A stretch of DNA of 64,000 bases, from NCBI GenBank assembly GCA_964016885.1, contig OZ024740.1:107694001-107758000 (forward strand). Direction: 5' to 3'. The notes under the pieces were generated by a model. It made no database searches. It was not told where the DNA came from and was given only the letters and a program-made list of their open reading frames with translations. A program made the position numbers and the translations under genes. This DNA is from Eledone cirrhosa (lineage: Eukaryota). Shown in pieces: positions 51,821-63,492 of the stretch. How positions within the stretch are numbered: the stretch's first letter is position 1; the number at the start of each line of letters is the position of its first letter.

Positions 51821-52588
51821 CTACATTTTAAATTTATATTTATATTTAAAAGTTGAGTTCAATCTATGTCTGCAGCAGCTGAATAAATTGGTCCGTAAAT
51901 TAAGGGAATTTTTAGATTTTAGTATAAAGAATATCTCCTCCGCGCAGAGGTCACATGTCTCAGAAGAGGAATTAAAAGGAATCCCTTTTGAGACTATATT
52001 CCAAACCATCGAATATCCAACGTTATCATGTTTAAGTTGCCAGAGTAAGCCTGATAGTGATGTTGAAGATTTTTTATTTGGATCCGTGAAATAATTCTTG
52101 TGATTATTATAGCGAAGTTTAAATTCTGTCGAGGTGGAACCAACATAATTAAAAGAATTTAAGTCAGTTTTAACATTACAGTTGTATATTATATTTTTAA
52201 CTAAGCAATTGTTATTTAGCGGACATTTAGATCTATCTCTACAGTTACAGTTGTTTACTTGAATATTGTTTAGGCTATTTTCGGTATTTTGGCTAGGTTT
52301 TAGATTCCTATTATTTATTCTATTAATACTTTGTGCTAAATTTTTGGTGGACGAGTATGTTAATTTTATAGTATGTCTATTGAAAATTGAGTGATACTTA
52401 TGTGTTCTAGGGAAGCGTTTGTCAAGAGCATTAAAAAATAGTTTAGCGATGTGGGTTTTAATGTTTAGTGAGAAAGGGGGGGTAAACCATATTATATTTC
52501 TAGTTCTATTTCTTTTCTGGTTTTTGGAATTATTGTAATGCTTTCTATTATAGTTGTTAAAGTTGTTACCGTAATTAAAATTGTTATT
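51821..52588 (-). CDS. PLE linker plus GIY-YIG endonuclease (5'-truncated open frame, 255 sense codons)
   Basis: Manual translation: RNIIWFTPPFS...IFNRHTIKLTYS...CNCRDRSKCPLNNNC..KNIIYNC...YVGSTSTEFKLRYNNH...CDLCAEE...LNLR...CRH; no stops. Confidence 0.85.
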   Translation of the reverse strand, partial: NNNFNYGNNFNNYNRKHYNNSKNQKRNRTRNIIWFTPPFSLNIKTHIAKLFFNALDKRFPRTHKYHSIFNRHTIKLTYSSTKNLAQSINRINNRNLKPSQNTENSLNNIQVNNCNCRDRSKCPLNNNCLVKNIIYNCNVKTDLNSFNYVGSTSTEFKLRYNNHKNYFTDPNKKSSTSLSGLLWQLKHDNVGYSMVWNIVSKGIPFNSSSETCDLCAEEIFFILKSKNSLNLRTNLFSCCRHRLNSTFKYKYKFKM

Positions 52589-54469
52589 AAAATATAATAT
52601 ACAACTGTAATGTTAAAACTGACTTAAATTCTTTTAATTATGTTGGTTCCACCTCGACAGAATTTAAACTTCGCTATAATAATCACAAGAATTATTTCAC
52701 GGATCCAAATAAAAAATCTTCAACATCACTATCAGGCTTACTCTGGCAACTTAAACATGATAACGTTGGATATTCGATGGTTTGGAATATAGTCTCAAAA
52801 GGGATTCCTTTTAATTCCTCTTCTGAGACATGTAACCTCTGCGCGGAGGAGATATTCTTTATACTAAAATCTAAAAATTCCCTTAATTTACGGACCAATT
52901 TATTCAGCTGCTGCAGACATAGATTGAACTCAACTTTTAAATATAAATATAAATTTAAAATGTAGTATATTTACTTAAGATATTTAACTATTTATGAAAC
53001 TTGGCGATAAATCTTTCGATTCCTTCAATTTTTTAAAACCTTCTTCATGAGTTTATAATTAATGAGATTAATTAAACTATCCTAAAATGGTGATGCTCCC
53101 AATCTATTGAATACATTTTTAAGCTAGATAAACTTCTATAATAAATATAAGAGCATTTGTAGAACAACTGGGTATCCATAAATTTTTTTGAATGATTTCT
53201 GCTAAATAAGTTTTGTTGAATAATTTTGGTTTTGTTTGCTTTTGATTCTGATTGCTTCTAATGAACTTGACAATATATTGTAAAATAAATTGGAAGGGTG
53301 GTTTTCTGTGGTTGATATGCGTGGCATACTATGTTTTCTTACGTCCCTAGATACTCTGGGGAGTGATGAAAATATTCTTGGCGTTTTTAATATATTGATA
53401 TCTGTTGTCTATTCTATGCTTGAACGATAATCATGTAAGTGAGGGCAAGAATATTATTATTAATATTAATGTATATTTTATGTCTATATATGTATGTACA
53501 TATATGTATGGTGGAATCTTTTGTAACGCAATGAAGATTTTCATGAAAAATAAGAATTTACAGAGCCGATCACGTAAATTCACATGTGTGTCTATAATTG
53601 TCAACTTGAATTTGAGATAACCTTCTCTTTTCTCTTTTTCTTTTTTCATGAAAATACATATATACTTATGTATTTCAGTATTTTTGAAGTTTTATCTCAG
53701 ATTTTGATTATAAACCTAAGAATTTTAAAACTAAACATAGGGTCGTTATTTTTTCATTTTTTCACACATTATTGATATGTGTCTCATTCATGAATATTGA
53801 TATTTACATTATAATACCTAATTCATATGAATTGATAATTCAAATGGATGAAACATAATATTTTAAATCTATCATCTTTCTTTCTGAATATATTTATTTC
53901 TTCTCCTCTTCCCTCTACACTTGACGGGATTTATGTATCGGCTGATTTAACTGTATCTCTCCCACCTCGTATGATAGATATTACTCGATCTACCTCTTTT
54001 CTCCCACCACCTATATCTCTCTCTACCTCTCTTTATTTATTTTTATTTTTATTTCTCTCCGTATCCTTAACACTATAACTAAATAAATAAATAAATAAAT
54101 AATTACAGTACCCCCTTCTCTCCTTAATTTCTCATTTGTACGTTGATCATCTGTGCCCAAGCTGCCTATCATTTTTCACTTCCTCAATATATTTCTCTCT
54201 CCCATATCTCTTTCTCTCTCTATCTCGCTCTGTTGTTTTTTCTTTACATACATCTCTTCATCTTCTTCGTCTTCCTCTCTAACTGTCCTTAGCACTATAC
54301 ACTTTCTTTCTTCTTCTCTTCGTCCTTAGCACTATACACTTTCCTTCTTTTTTCTCTTCGTCTTTCTTTCTAACTGTCCTTTACATTTTCACTACCAAAT
54401 CAACTTTTTAAATGGAAGTTGTAATGTTTAAGGTATGTCAAATTTATTTATAAAACGGTTTATATATTG

Positions 54470-54535
54470 TATTTTGTCTGAGGAAGGCATACCATATTTT
54501 TAATATGATATCCCTGAAATATATATAATGAAATA
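54470..54535 (+). ncRNA. Type I hammerhead ribozyme
   Basis: tattttgt-CTGAGGA-aggcataccatatttttaatatgatatccct-GAAA-tatatat-a-atgaaata. Confidence 0.8.
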
Positions 54536-54575
54536 AATATGGTTTTATAAATATAGTTTCCATTTGTTTAATATC

Positions 54576-54613
<38 letters not shown>

Positions 54614-55070
54614 GGTTACACAACAGTTAGTTCACCATACCGAAAACAATTGTTTCACCTTAGAGGATTCTCAGCTCGTAATGGACATGGTGATACGGAA
54701 CAGGAAGGACAACCGTACAAACGCGCATGCGCAGAAACGGTCACTTCACTCACGCAATACTAAATTGCGTGTGAGAGGTGTAAGGGAGATAACTGCGAAA
54801 GTCCGAAAGTTTTTAGTTGATAAGAAAATTAGGATGTAATTCAATCCGGAGCTTTGTAGTTATGTAAGAGCTGTTTCCAGATGTGTGGACAACGTGTGAA
54901 GAATTCATTTCTTAAGTTTAGGCATTCGCTATTGCGTAATCTCTTTAGAATATTTATTCGTTCATCAATACATAGTCCACACGACGGATTGCCCCTTGCG
55001 TTGGGCTTGGACTTAGTGATGGCTTCCCATTGAATGGAGTAGTCTATACTTGAGTTCTTGACGGACCATA

Positions 55071-55609
55071 CATCACAAATACTGCTCCATCTTTAACCGA
55101 TACAAAGTAAAACTAGGATACTACTGCGCTAAGAACATGAAGGCCCACATCACCAACAGCCCTAAGAGCAACGCCTCACCAGGGTGCTCTTGCAACAGCA
55201 AAGCAACACACCCGCTGTAGTTTATGAAGCTGTGGTCACTTCCAACCGACCAAATCAACCACAGGAAGTCAAATCCTATGTGGGTATGGCGGAGGGCCGA
55301 TTTAAGGAACGCTTCCTGAACCACCAGTCGACCTTTAGGTACGCGGACAGACGTTCATCCATGAAACTTGCAAGCCACGTATGGTCCCTCAAGGACTCAA
55401 GTATAGACTACTCCATTCAATGGAAATCCATCATTAAGTCCAAGCCAAACGCAAGGGGTAATCCGTCGCGTGGACTATGTATTGATGAACGAATAAATAT
55501 TCTAAAGAGATTACGCAATAGCAATTGCCTAAACTCAAGTAATGAATTCTTCACACGTTGTCCACATGTCTGGAAACACCTCTTACATAACTACAAAGCT
55601 CCGGATTGA
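55071..55609 (+). pseudogene. PLE GIY-YIG endonuclease remnant
   Basis: IFNRYKVKLGY...CSC, a frameshift, then VVYEAVV...YVGMAEGRFKERFLNH...LASHVWSLK...LC.DE...LNS..E...CPH. Confidence 0.85.
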
Positions 55610-55777
55610 ATTACAACAACATCCTAATTTTTTTAACTAGAAACTTTCGGACTTTCGCAGTTATCTCCCTTACACCTCTCGCACGCAATTTAGTATTGGC
55701 TGAGTGAAGTGACCTTTTCTGCGCATGCGCGTTCATACGGTTGTCCTTCCTGTTCCGTATAACCATGTCCATTATTA

Positions 55778-55815
55778 CGAGCTGAGGATCCGCTAAGGTG
55801 AAACAATTGTTCTCG
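55778..55815 (+). ncRNA. Minimal type I hammerhead ribozyme
   Basis: cgag-CTGAGGA-tccgctaaggt-GAAA-caattgt-t-ctcg; palindromic stem III. Confidence 0.75.
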
Positions 55816-56020
55816 GTATGGTGAACTAACTGTTGTGTAACCACTTCTACCTAACTCGTCCCATGGACTGAGTGTTCTACCACTACGGATATTACCTTTC
55901 AGTGTTCTACCACTATATATATATATATATATATAGGAAAATGTATGACACCGACTGCAGAGCTCAAGCCGTTTCGACGGCTAACGACAAGCAGTCCCCA
56001 ACAAGTGTGGTTTGGGCTTC

Positions 56021-56062
<42 letters not shown>

Positions 56063-56101
56063 ATATTAAATAAATGGAAACTATATTTATAAAACCATAT
56101 T

Positions 56102-56162
56102 TATTCTATTATATATATTTCAAGGGTACCAAAACTTTGGTACGCCCTCATCAGATAAAATA
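56102..56162 (-). ncRNA. Type I hammerhead ribozyme
   Basis: Minus strand: tattttat-CTGATGA-gggcgtaccaaagttttggtaccctt-GAAA-tatatat-a-atagaata. Confidence 0.85.
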
Positions 56163-57316
56163 CAAAGTTTGTTTTATAAATATTGACATAACCAGGAAGA
56201 TCTAATGGTTCAAATTTTTCCTGGATAGTAAAAGGAAAGAAGGGAAAGAGAAGAAAAGTCAAATATTTCAAATTATTAAGATGAGTATGCAAATGAGGTT
56301 GAGGTATAGGGCTGAAAAAAAAACGTTATTTTTAGACGCTAGGTAAATTTAAATAATTATTAGGATATATATATATGTGTAGGAAGAAGAAAGAGAAAGT
56401 AAGAAAAGCTTGTATTTACATTAATTTAAAAAGAATTAACAGTTTGTAGGAATAGTGGAATACGATTCCAGAATTTAAAAAATTATTTAGCTATATTATG
56501 AGTTATAATATTGTATATATAATCAATTAGATTATATGAAGAATTATGGTTGTAAGTACATTTTATCTTATTACATTACAACAGGTATATAAATATCTAT
56601 TACAACAGGTATATAAATATCTATATAGATTAATAATTGTGCAAGTATAAGTATTATTGGTGATTTTATAGAAATAAACCACAATTATTAATTGTTTATA
56701 TTTCTCATATGAGTTACGAAGGATGTTGATTTTACATTTCACATAACAAAAATTTAAGAAATAGATGTAGTTAAAGTTGTAAGAGGAGAACAATTTGTAG
56801 ATTCAAATATTTTGTTCCAACATTGAAAATGTTTTCAGAAAATTGTTAATTTAGCGAAGTTATATAGTTTATCATACAAGTTAACATGTTTATGTTTGCT
56901 CAATTGTAAAGGAAAAGATAACTCCAATCTTATTTGCTAAACATTAAATTGGATGAATGATTTACTCAGAAAGTATGTAGAGAAATTATATATTATTTTG
57001 TGCGAGATTATTTTTTCAAGGATGAGAATTTCAATTACATATTATTTACGTCGAAAGATGTGTGAAAAGTTTGAAGATTAAAAAGAGGAAAACAGTATTA
57101 AGCATTTCGACGAACTATCGTAAAGAGGATATCTTTCAGAATGTCAATTAAAGATTATCAATCTACATCTAAAAAATAGATTAAGAAGAGTATCATTAGG
57201 AAAAGAATATCAAATGGTAAAAATACTAAATTTAAGAAGGAAGATCATTTAAAAAAGTTCAGTAAATAATAGGATCATTTTAAAGGTGTATAAGATATAG
57301 TCAAGTGTAATGAATA

Positions 57317-57759
57317 TCATAGATTAAAAATACTTCTGAAAGTGGAATTTTGGCGATGTCTGCAGTTAGAAAATAATTCTGTTCTTAATAGAGTTTTGAC
57401 AGTTAATTATATAAAAAATATTTCCTCGGTGCACAAGTGACAGATTCTTGAGAAAGCCGTATTTCGGTATGCAGGTGCTTTCGAAATCATTCCCCAAGAT
57501 ATTGAGTAGTCTATATTGTTGTCCTTTAAATTCCAAATTAAATGTGAAAGTGAAGTGGAAGATTTTTTATGGACCTATTAAATGTATGTTTGTGGTTGTA
57601 CCAGCGTTCTTTGAATTTTGTAGAAGTGGCACCTATATAATTAAATATTTTGTCTCTAGTTTTAACTGTGCATTTATAAATTACGTTTTTGTCTAAGCAA
57701 TTATTTTGTAAAGGGCAGTTTGATTTAATTCTACAGTTACATTTTCTGGAGTTGTTGTT
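57317..57759 (-). pseudogene. Frameshifted PLE GIY-YIG endonuclease
   Basis: Manual translation: CNCRIKSNCPLQNNC..KNVIYKC...YIGATSTKFKERWYNH...TSLSHLIWNLK...CHLCTEE...CRH. Confidence 0.85.
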
Positions 57760-57820
57760 ATTTTATCTGATGAGAGCGTACCAAAGTTTTGGTACCCTTG
57801 AAATATATATAATAGAATAA
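57758..57820 (+). ncRNA. Type I hammerhead ribozyme
   Basis: ttattttat-CTGATGA-gagcgtaccaaagttttggtaccctt-GAAA-tatatat-a-atagaataa. Confidence 0.8.
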
Positions 57821-59309
57821 ATATGGTTTTATAAATATAGTTTTCATTTATTTAATATCATTGAATATTATACGCCAGAGAACTTGTCGAGTACTTTGAA
57901 TCAGTTATAAACATTTATTTATATTTGTTGAATTACCAACAAATTACATATCCCTTTTGCTTATATATATATATATATATACACCTTTATTTATAATGTT
58001 CAAGAATGAAAATAGACTCTAAACAAGTATGAGTGATAAGTGGGTACTCAGTGAGAATATATATGGGTGTATGTATACATCTATGTAAGTATGTCTATGT
58101 GTGAGTGTGAGAATGAGAAAACTTCCTTGGCCTTCATTATTACAATTCATAAAACAATGCATTAAGCAGTTTAAAAAATGAGAAAAAGATGGAAGGAAGA
58201 TTCATTTTTGAAAAACCTAGGCAATCATACTTATCAAATTTCAATTCTTCATTCACATCTTTTTCCTTCTAGAGTTTCATTTTAGAAACACACAAGTGCT
58301 GCCTTATGACAATGTTTTTAAAAAAAGACTGAATATTCTTCCTTTAAACTGTAATACCCTATCTAGCTTGGTTTCTCTTAACTATTGTTGTCATTCATTT
58401 CCTATTATGCATTGCTCCAAATAAAATTATTTTTTTCTTTGGCAAAAAGTACAAACCATTTTCCCTTGGTTTTTGTTTCCGTTAATCCTTTTGTTGTTAT
58501 ATTTCTAATTAAAGAGAATGCCTAATATTTTCCAATCATTTTTAGTGATTTAGTAATATAACTAACTTTTTCGTTATTAAGTTACTGTTTGGAAAATAAC
58601 TTAACAAAAGTTCTTAGATAAAAATTATGATGCAAGGTTTGTAGATAGACCTAAACATTTAAAAATAAACCACTTAGTATCATAAAATCAAAGGCAGTTT
58701 CAGGTGGTTTGGTATATAAAGAGTTAATGGTTTTAAATAAGAAGCAGTGACCAGAACATTTGTGGTTCCTCCAAGACCAGTCAGATTGATGTGGCTGATA
58801 TGTTGATCATTTTCCCAGCTGGAACCAGTGGAATCTGACTGAGGGAATGGCCTTATAATCTTCTCATTCTGGGGTAGTAAGACCCTAATCTGGGATGCAA
58901 CAAACAGCAGTATTTTCTCCAGCAGCATCCTGGTGAAGTCAGCATTGGACCCAAGATTTTATGCCTAACAGTCTGAAGATTACAAGTTGATTAAGTACTA
59001 GCTGCTCTCTGGTTTCATGTCAAAACCATAGTAGTGGGAAAATCTGACATGCTGTGAATTTTGAACCACTTCCCTACTCATTTCAACTGGAATAGAGATG
59101 GCTACCCACAAGAAAGAACTCTGAGAAGTGGCCTGGTTCTTTCAGCCCATCTCCACCTTCACCATTTTGTCCACCAAAACCATGACATATTTGCACAATC
59201 TGCTGTGAGTGCTTTTGTTTATTATATTCACAAAATTTTTGCAACTAATTTCTGCTCATACAGATCAACCCACCTCTGTTTACAATATTAATTGTCCAAA
59301 GTTTTTTAA

Positions 59310-60482
59310 GTTTTCACTCCGGACGCAGCTCAGCCGACCAAATATTCACACTGCAGAATGTCTTCAAGAAGTCATGGGAATATTGCCAAGAGGTATATTG
59401 TTCATTTGTCAACCTTGAAAAGGCATATGATCACGTTCCTCGGGACCTGCTGTGGAAGGTTCAGCAGGAGTATGGGATCGATAGTCAGCTTCTTGCTGCC
59501 CTGATGTCTCTATATGAATGCCCCAGTATTTGTGTTCAGATAAATGGTGCTAAATCGAAACCATACAATGCGGGAGTCAGATTCCACCAAGGGTGTGTAC
59601 TATCACCTCTCCTGTTCATTATTTTCATGAAAAGGATTGATATGCACAGCCGGATTGGAAGTGATATGGTGTAAAATCAGTCGGCTGGAATGTGCAGATG
59701 ACATGGTGTTACTTAACTCGACAGAAAGTGAACTTGCACTCAATAGGTTTGATGCTGAGTGCTGCATGGCTGGAATGAAAATCAATGCTGCGAAAACTGA
59801 GACACTCGTCCTCTCAAGGAAGCCAGCACAGTGCACTCTACATGTAAATGGAGTTCCATTGAAGTAGGTAGAGAAGTTCAAGTATCTCGGAAACATGTTC
59901 ATGAGTGATGCAAGGCGGGAGGCTAAATTAAGTGCAAGAATTTCAGGAGATGGTGCAGCAATGCGCCAGCTTCAGCATCCAGTAATCAGAAGAAGCTAGG
60001 TAGGCATAAAAGGTAGGCATAAACTCACTATCTTCAATTCGGTATTCATGCCAACCCTATGGTTATGAATCTTGGGTAATGACCAAAAGAAGATGATCAC
60101 GAATACAAGCGGCCGAAATGGGGTTCCTCCAAAGGATCTTTGGAGTAATGCTACTTAATAGAATGCGCAGCTCGGAGATCAGAGAGCCACTCCAGGTAGA
60201 GCCACTTCTCCGAATTAAAAGATCACAGCTTCGATGTAGGCTGTGATTAGAGTGTCTCAGAAAAGAATCACTGGACAGATTTTATGGGCAAAACCAACCA
60301 GCAGGAGACCCAGGGATAGACCCCAAGCAAGATGGTTGGACAACATCCTTGAGATTGGCTGGTTTCGCTTGAGGATCCAGCCAAATCAGTTGCATATGGT
60401 AGCTTCTGACATGACCCACTGGAAGGAGTGGTTGAGGATTGTCCCCATGACTCTCTCAGGAATAAGTGGGTAAAGAAGAAGA
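59310..60482 (+). mobile_element. Degraded RTE family 2 (Rex3/Expander-like) LINE
   Basis: FVNLEKAYDHVPR, QGCVLSP, ADDMVLL, FKYLG, RRPR.RP; (GAA)n-like end; stops and frameshifts. Confidence 0.88.
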
Positions 60483-60682
60483 CTTCTAAATTCTTGATTA
60501 CTTTCAGAATTAATTAAAATATATAAACAGTTCATTTTATTAGAAATATAGTCACAAAAGAGTTAAATTATTTCTTTTCAATAGATTCATGTAGCAAGGA
60601 ACTTGTAATAAAATCTATCAGAATATGTTAATGACTCTTATCTTAATGATTCATGGGAGGTAAAGGTACAGGCTAATGTATA

Positions 60683-60880
60683 CAAGGGTAGGCTGAAAGG
60701 TTCATAAGCTGACTATGAAGGAGTAATTCTTGAGCTGTGAAATCCTGCATGTATTAATTTCAACTCTTCTTATTAATAACTGCATTGTTTTTTTCCAGGA
60801 ACTGTGTTGGAAAATAAACCTCATTTGGTCATTCCGCAAGAGTATCTTAGTAAACTTATGAACTTTTCAGCCAACCCTCA
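60683..60880. mobile_element. Mariner-like MITE
   Basis: ta|caagggtaggctgaaaggttcataag ... cttatgaacttttcagccaaccctca|ta. Confidence 0.7.
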
Positions 60881-61753
60881 TATATGTAAATGCATGTGTG
60901 TATATAATTTTGTATGTGAGTATATAGAGATACATGACAATATGTTTGCATATAAGTATGTATAGCAATGTGCATGTGTTTACATGAATGTATGATTACA
61001 TGTATAAAATATATGTATATATTTGTCTTTCTCTCTCACTCTCTATCCTTCTGGAGAGGAAATCTGCTGTTTTCAGACCTGGGGAGGGCTTAAAAATTGC
61101 CCAAGAAATGCCATACACCACTACAGCACACCAATGACTCCATCAGGAGTGGGGGGGGGGGGGGGGGGGGGCAGAACGCATTATATATATATATGTAGAT
61201 GTGTGTGTGAATAAACATGTACATAAGGGAAAGAGAGGGAGATTGAAATGACCAAAAGAAAGAGATGGGAGCAGATATCAATTTTAGATAGGTCCCCCAC
61301 ACAAAAAGAGAAAGAAAACAGACAGTATCAATAAACCAGTGATAAGCAATAATAACTATCTATCCTCTTATTTCATCTGTTATCATGCACCTTAACTGTT
61401 TTTTCTGTTACTAATATCTAATATCACACATGGTTAACAATATATGTTATTTTATGGGTCTTATCCATTCTCACTGTAGTTGCCGGTTGTGTATTTGAAG
61501 TAATCTTCCCTGGCAGTTCTACAGAACTAGCCTATATATATATCACAAGCCATTGTTTTGATAGACCAGCAATGAAGACCAATCCAGGTGCAAAATAATT
61601 TTATAATCGCAGAAATCATCATGATGAGGAATCCAACACAAGCTTCGATGATGAGCATCCATTTGTTCAAACAACTGAACATCTGACTCATGGATTAATG
61701 CATAAGTTGTTCAGTATTCTACAGACATATATATTATCATCATCATCATTTAA

Positions 61754-61973
61754 CTCTTTAACATTTCCATTATTCTATATTTACTATTGTATTTTCACAG
61801 TAAAGGCTTATCTTACATAATTATCTCATATAATATCGAATCTACGAGATTTTGAAGTTATTTATTTTGAGAACAATACCTTAATGTCAGTATGAGCTGC
61901 CTGTTATGGCCAGGTTGAACAGAAGGAGGTGAGAAAGTTGTGGCCAGATACAGCCAGTTTAAATGCTAAAGGG
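61754..61973 (-). mobile_element. TTAA-type MITE family A
   Basis: Colinear with 20026-20242; TTAA flanks. Confidence 0.8.
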
Positions 61974-63034
61974 TTAATGCTCGCTTTCCCTGCAAGCAAG
62001 GGTTGGACAAGTTTATATAGACCAAGTTAGTACTGAAGTAGGGCTACTGACTTCCCAGAGAAGTCAAGAGGTCTGTATCCAGCTTACATATCTGTAATCT
62101 AATTTTCAGGCAGAATCGGAATCAGTGTGACTCAATGTCTAATTATAGGAACAATCCATATGAGGGGCTTCCACACAGTTTCTCTATCCTAATTAACATG
62201 ACTTGAATTTACACACACAAGGCGATATATAGTAAATGACACTTGCCCAAGATGCTACGTGGTAAAATCAAACACAGGATTTTATGACTACAAAGCCAAC
62301 TCCTTAACCACTTAACTATGCCAGTAACCAATTGCAGAGATCCATACTAAACAGAGTTGTGTATGTTTGTGTGTTAGACTCCTTATTTCACTTCTCACTT
62401 TCCAATCTTACTTTCTGTTACATCTTTCTCTCATTTTTTATTATATTTTTTCTTTGTCCCCTAATCGCATTTGATTTACTATTTCTATAACGTCGCTCCT
62501 CTACTTTCTAAAGATACCATTTTTCGCCAACCTCCTCTGGCCTACTTTCGCACACATTCCTTAGAATTTGCCATGTAGATTTCACCTTCTACGCTTGACC
62601 GGCTCTACCCACTCCCCTATCATTCTACAGGCAAGTTCAGCCACCCCACCCTGCACCCACTGCCATGATATAATTTTCAGTGTCCGCTACAAATTTTGAC
62701 CAATCCCCTTAACAAATTACAATCTTCCCATATAAGGAAGTACCCTTGAAAAGTTCAGCTATTTATTAACCAGACTAAAAAAACTCTTACTTTAGTCCAG
62801 AAATAGCCGTCGAAATGGCTTGAGCTCTACCGTCGGGGTCATACTTTCTCCTATTACCCACTCTACTATCCTAAGTACTCTGGTGCGTTATGGTCCATCT
62901 GGTTCCTTACCACAACTCCTCCGTTATGTATATATGTATATATATATTATATATATATATTTTGTTTCTGAATTTGTTTAGCAAGATTCTTTATCTGAAA
63001 ACGTGTGTTGAAACCGATATTGTTATACTTTGGG

Positions 63035-63085
<51 letters not shown>

Positions 63086-63261
63086 TTAGTTAAGCAAAAC
63101 AAGACCACAAATTTCACAAGGAAGACATTATTAAAAGATTGTCAACATATTTTAGTTTGATGTAAAGAATGTAGAGAATAATAATATTAATAATAATAAT
63201 GTATATATATATATGTATATATATATGTATATATATATATTATATATATATATGTATATGT

Positions 63262-63480
63262 ATCATCATCATCGTTTAACGTCCATCTTCTACGCTAGCA
63301 TGGGTTAGACGGGAGTTGTGCCACTTGAGGCAAGGTTGGTCAGGTGACCGTGTCTCGCTCATATAGGACTATCTGTCAGGCTTTCTACGGCTAGATGCCC
63401 TTGCTAACACCAACCACATTTACAGTGTTGACCTGGGAACTTTTTACCGTGTTACCTACACGTCCACATTACAGCGTGGA
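63262..63480 (-). mobile_element. RTE family 1-type 3' tail
   Basis: (atc)n-gtttaacgtcc...caccaaccacatttacagtg. Confidence 0.8.
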
Positions 63481-63492
63481 TATATGTATATA

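Larger units (their letters stand above)
50033..54578 (-). mobile_element. 5'-truncated Penelope-like element with a ~2-kb inverted duplication
   Basis: Arms about 50121-52198 and 52589-54578 are near-identical; GIY-YIG ORF; hammerheads in both arms; (TA)n flanks. Confidence 0.9.
54613..55915 (+). mobile_element. 5'-truncated Penelope-like element with inverted duplication
   Basis: Arms about 54613-55071 and 55379-55843, visibly diverged; GIY-YIG remnant; (TA)n flanks. Confidence 0.88.
56059..57962 (-). mobile_element. Penelope-like element remnant with an inverted terminal piece
   Basis: 56059-56162 is inverted at 57759-57863; GIY-YIG remnant 57317-57759; (TA)n flanks. Confidence 0.85.

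Noticed and set aside
51821-57759. Selenocysteine recoding in the PLE endonucleases
   Set aside because: No in-frame TGA at conserved Cys positions in the frames I translated.
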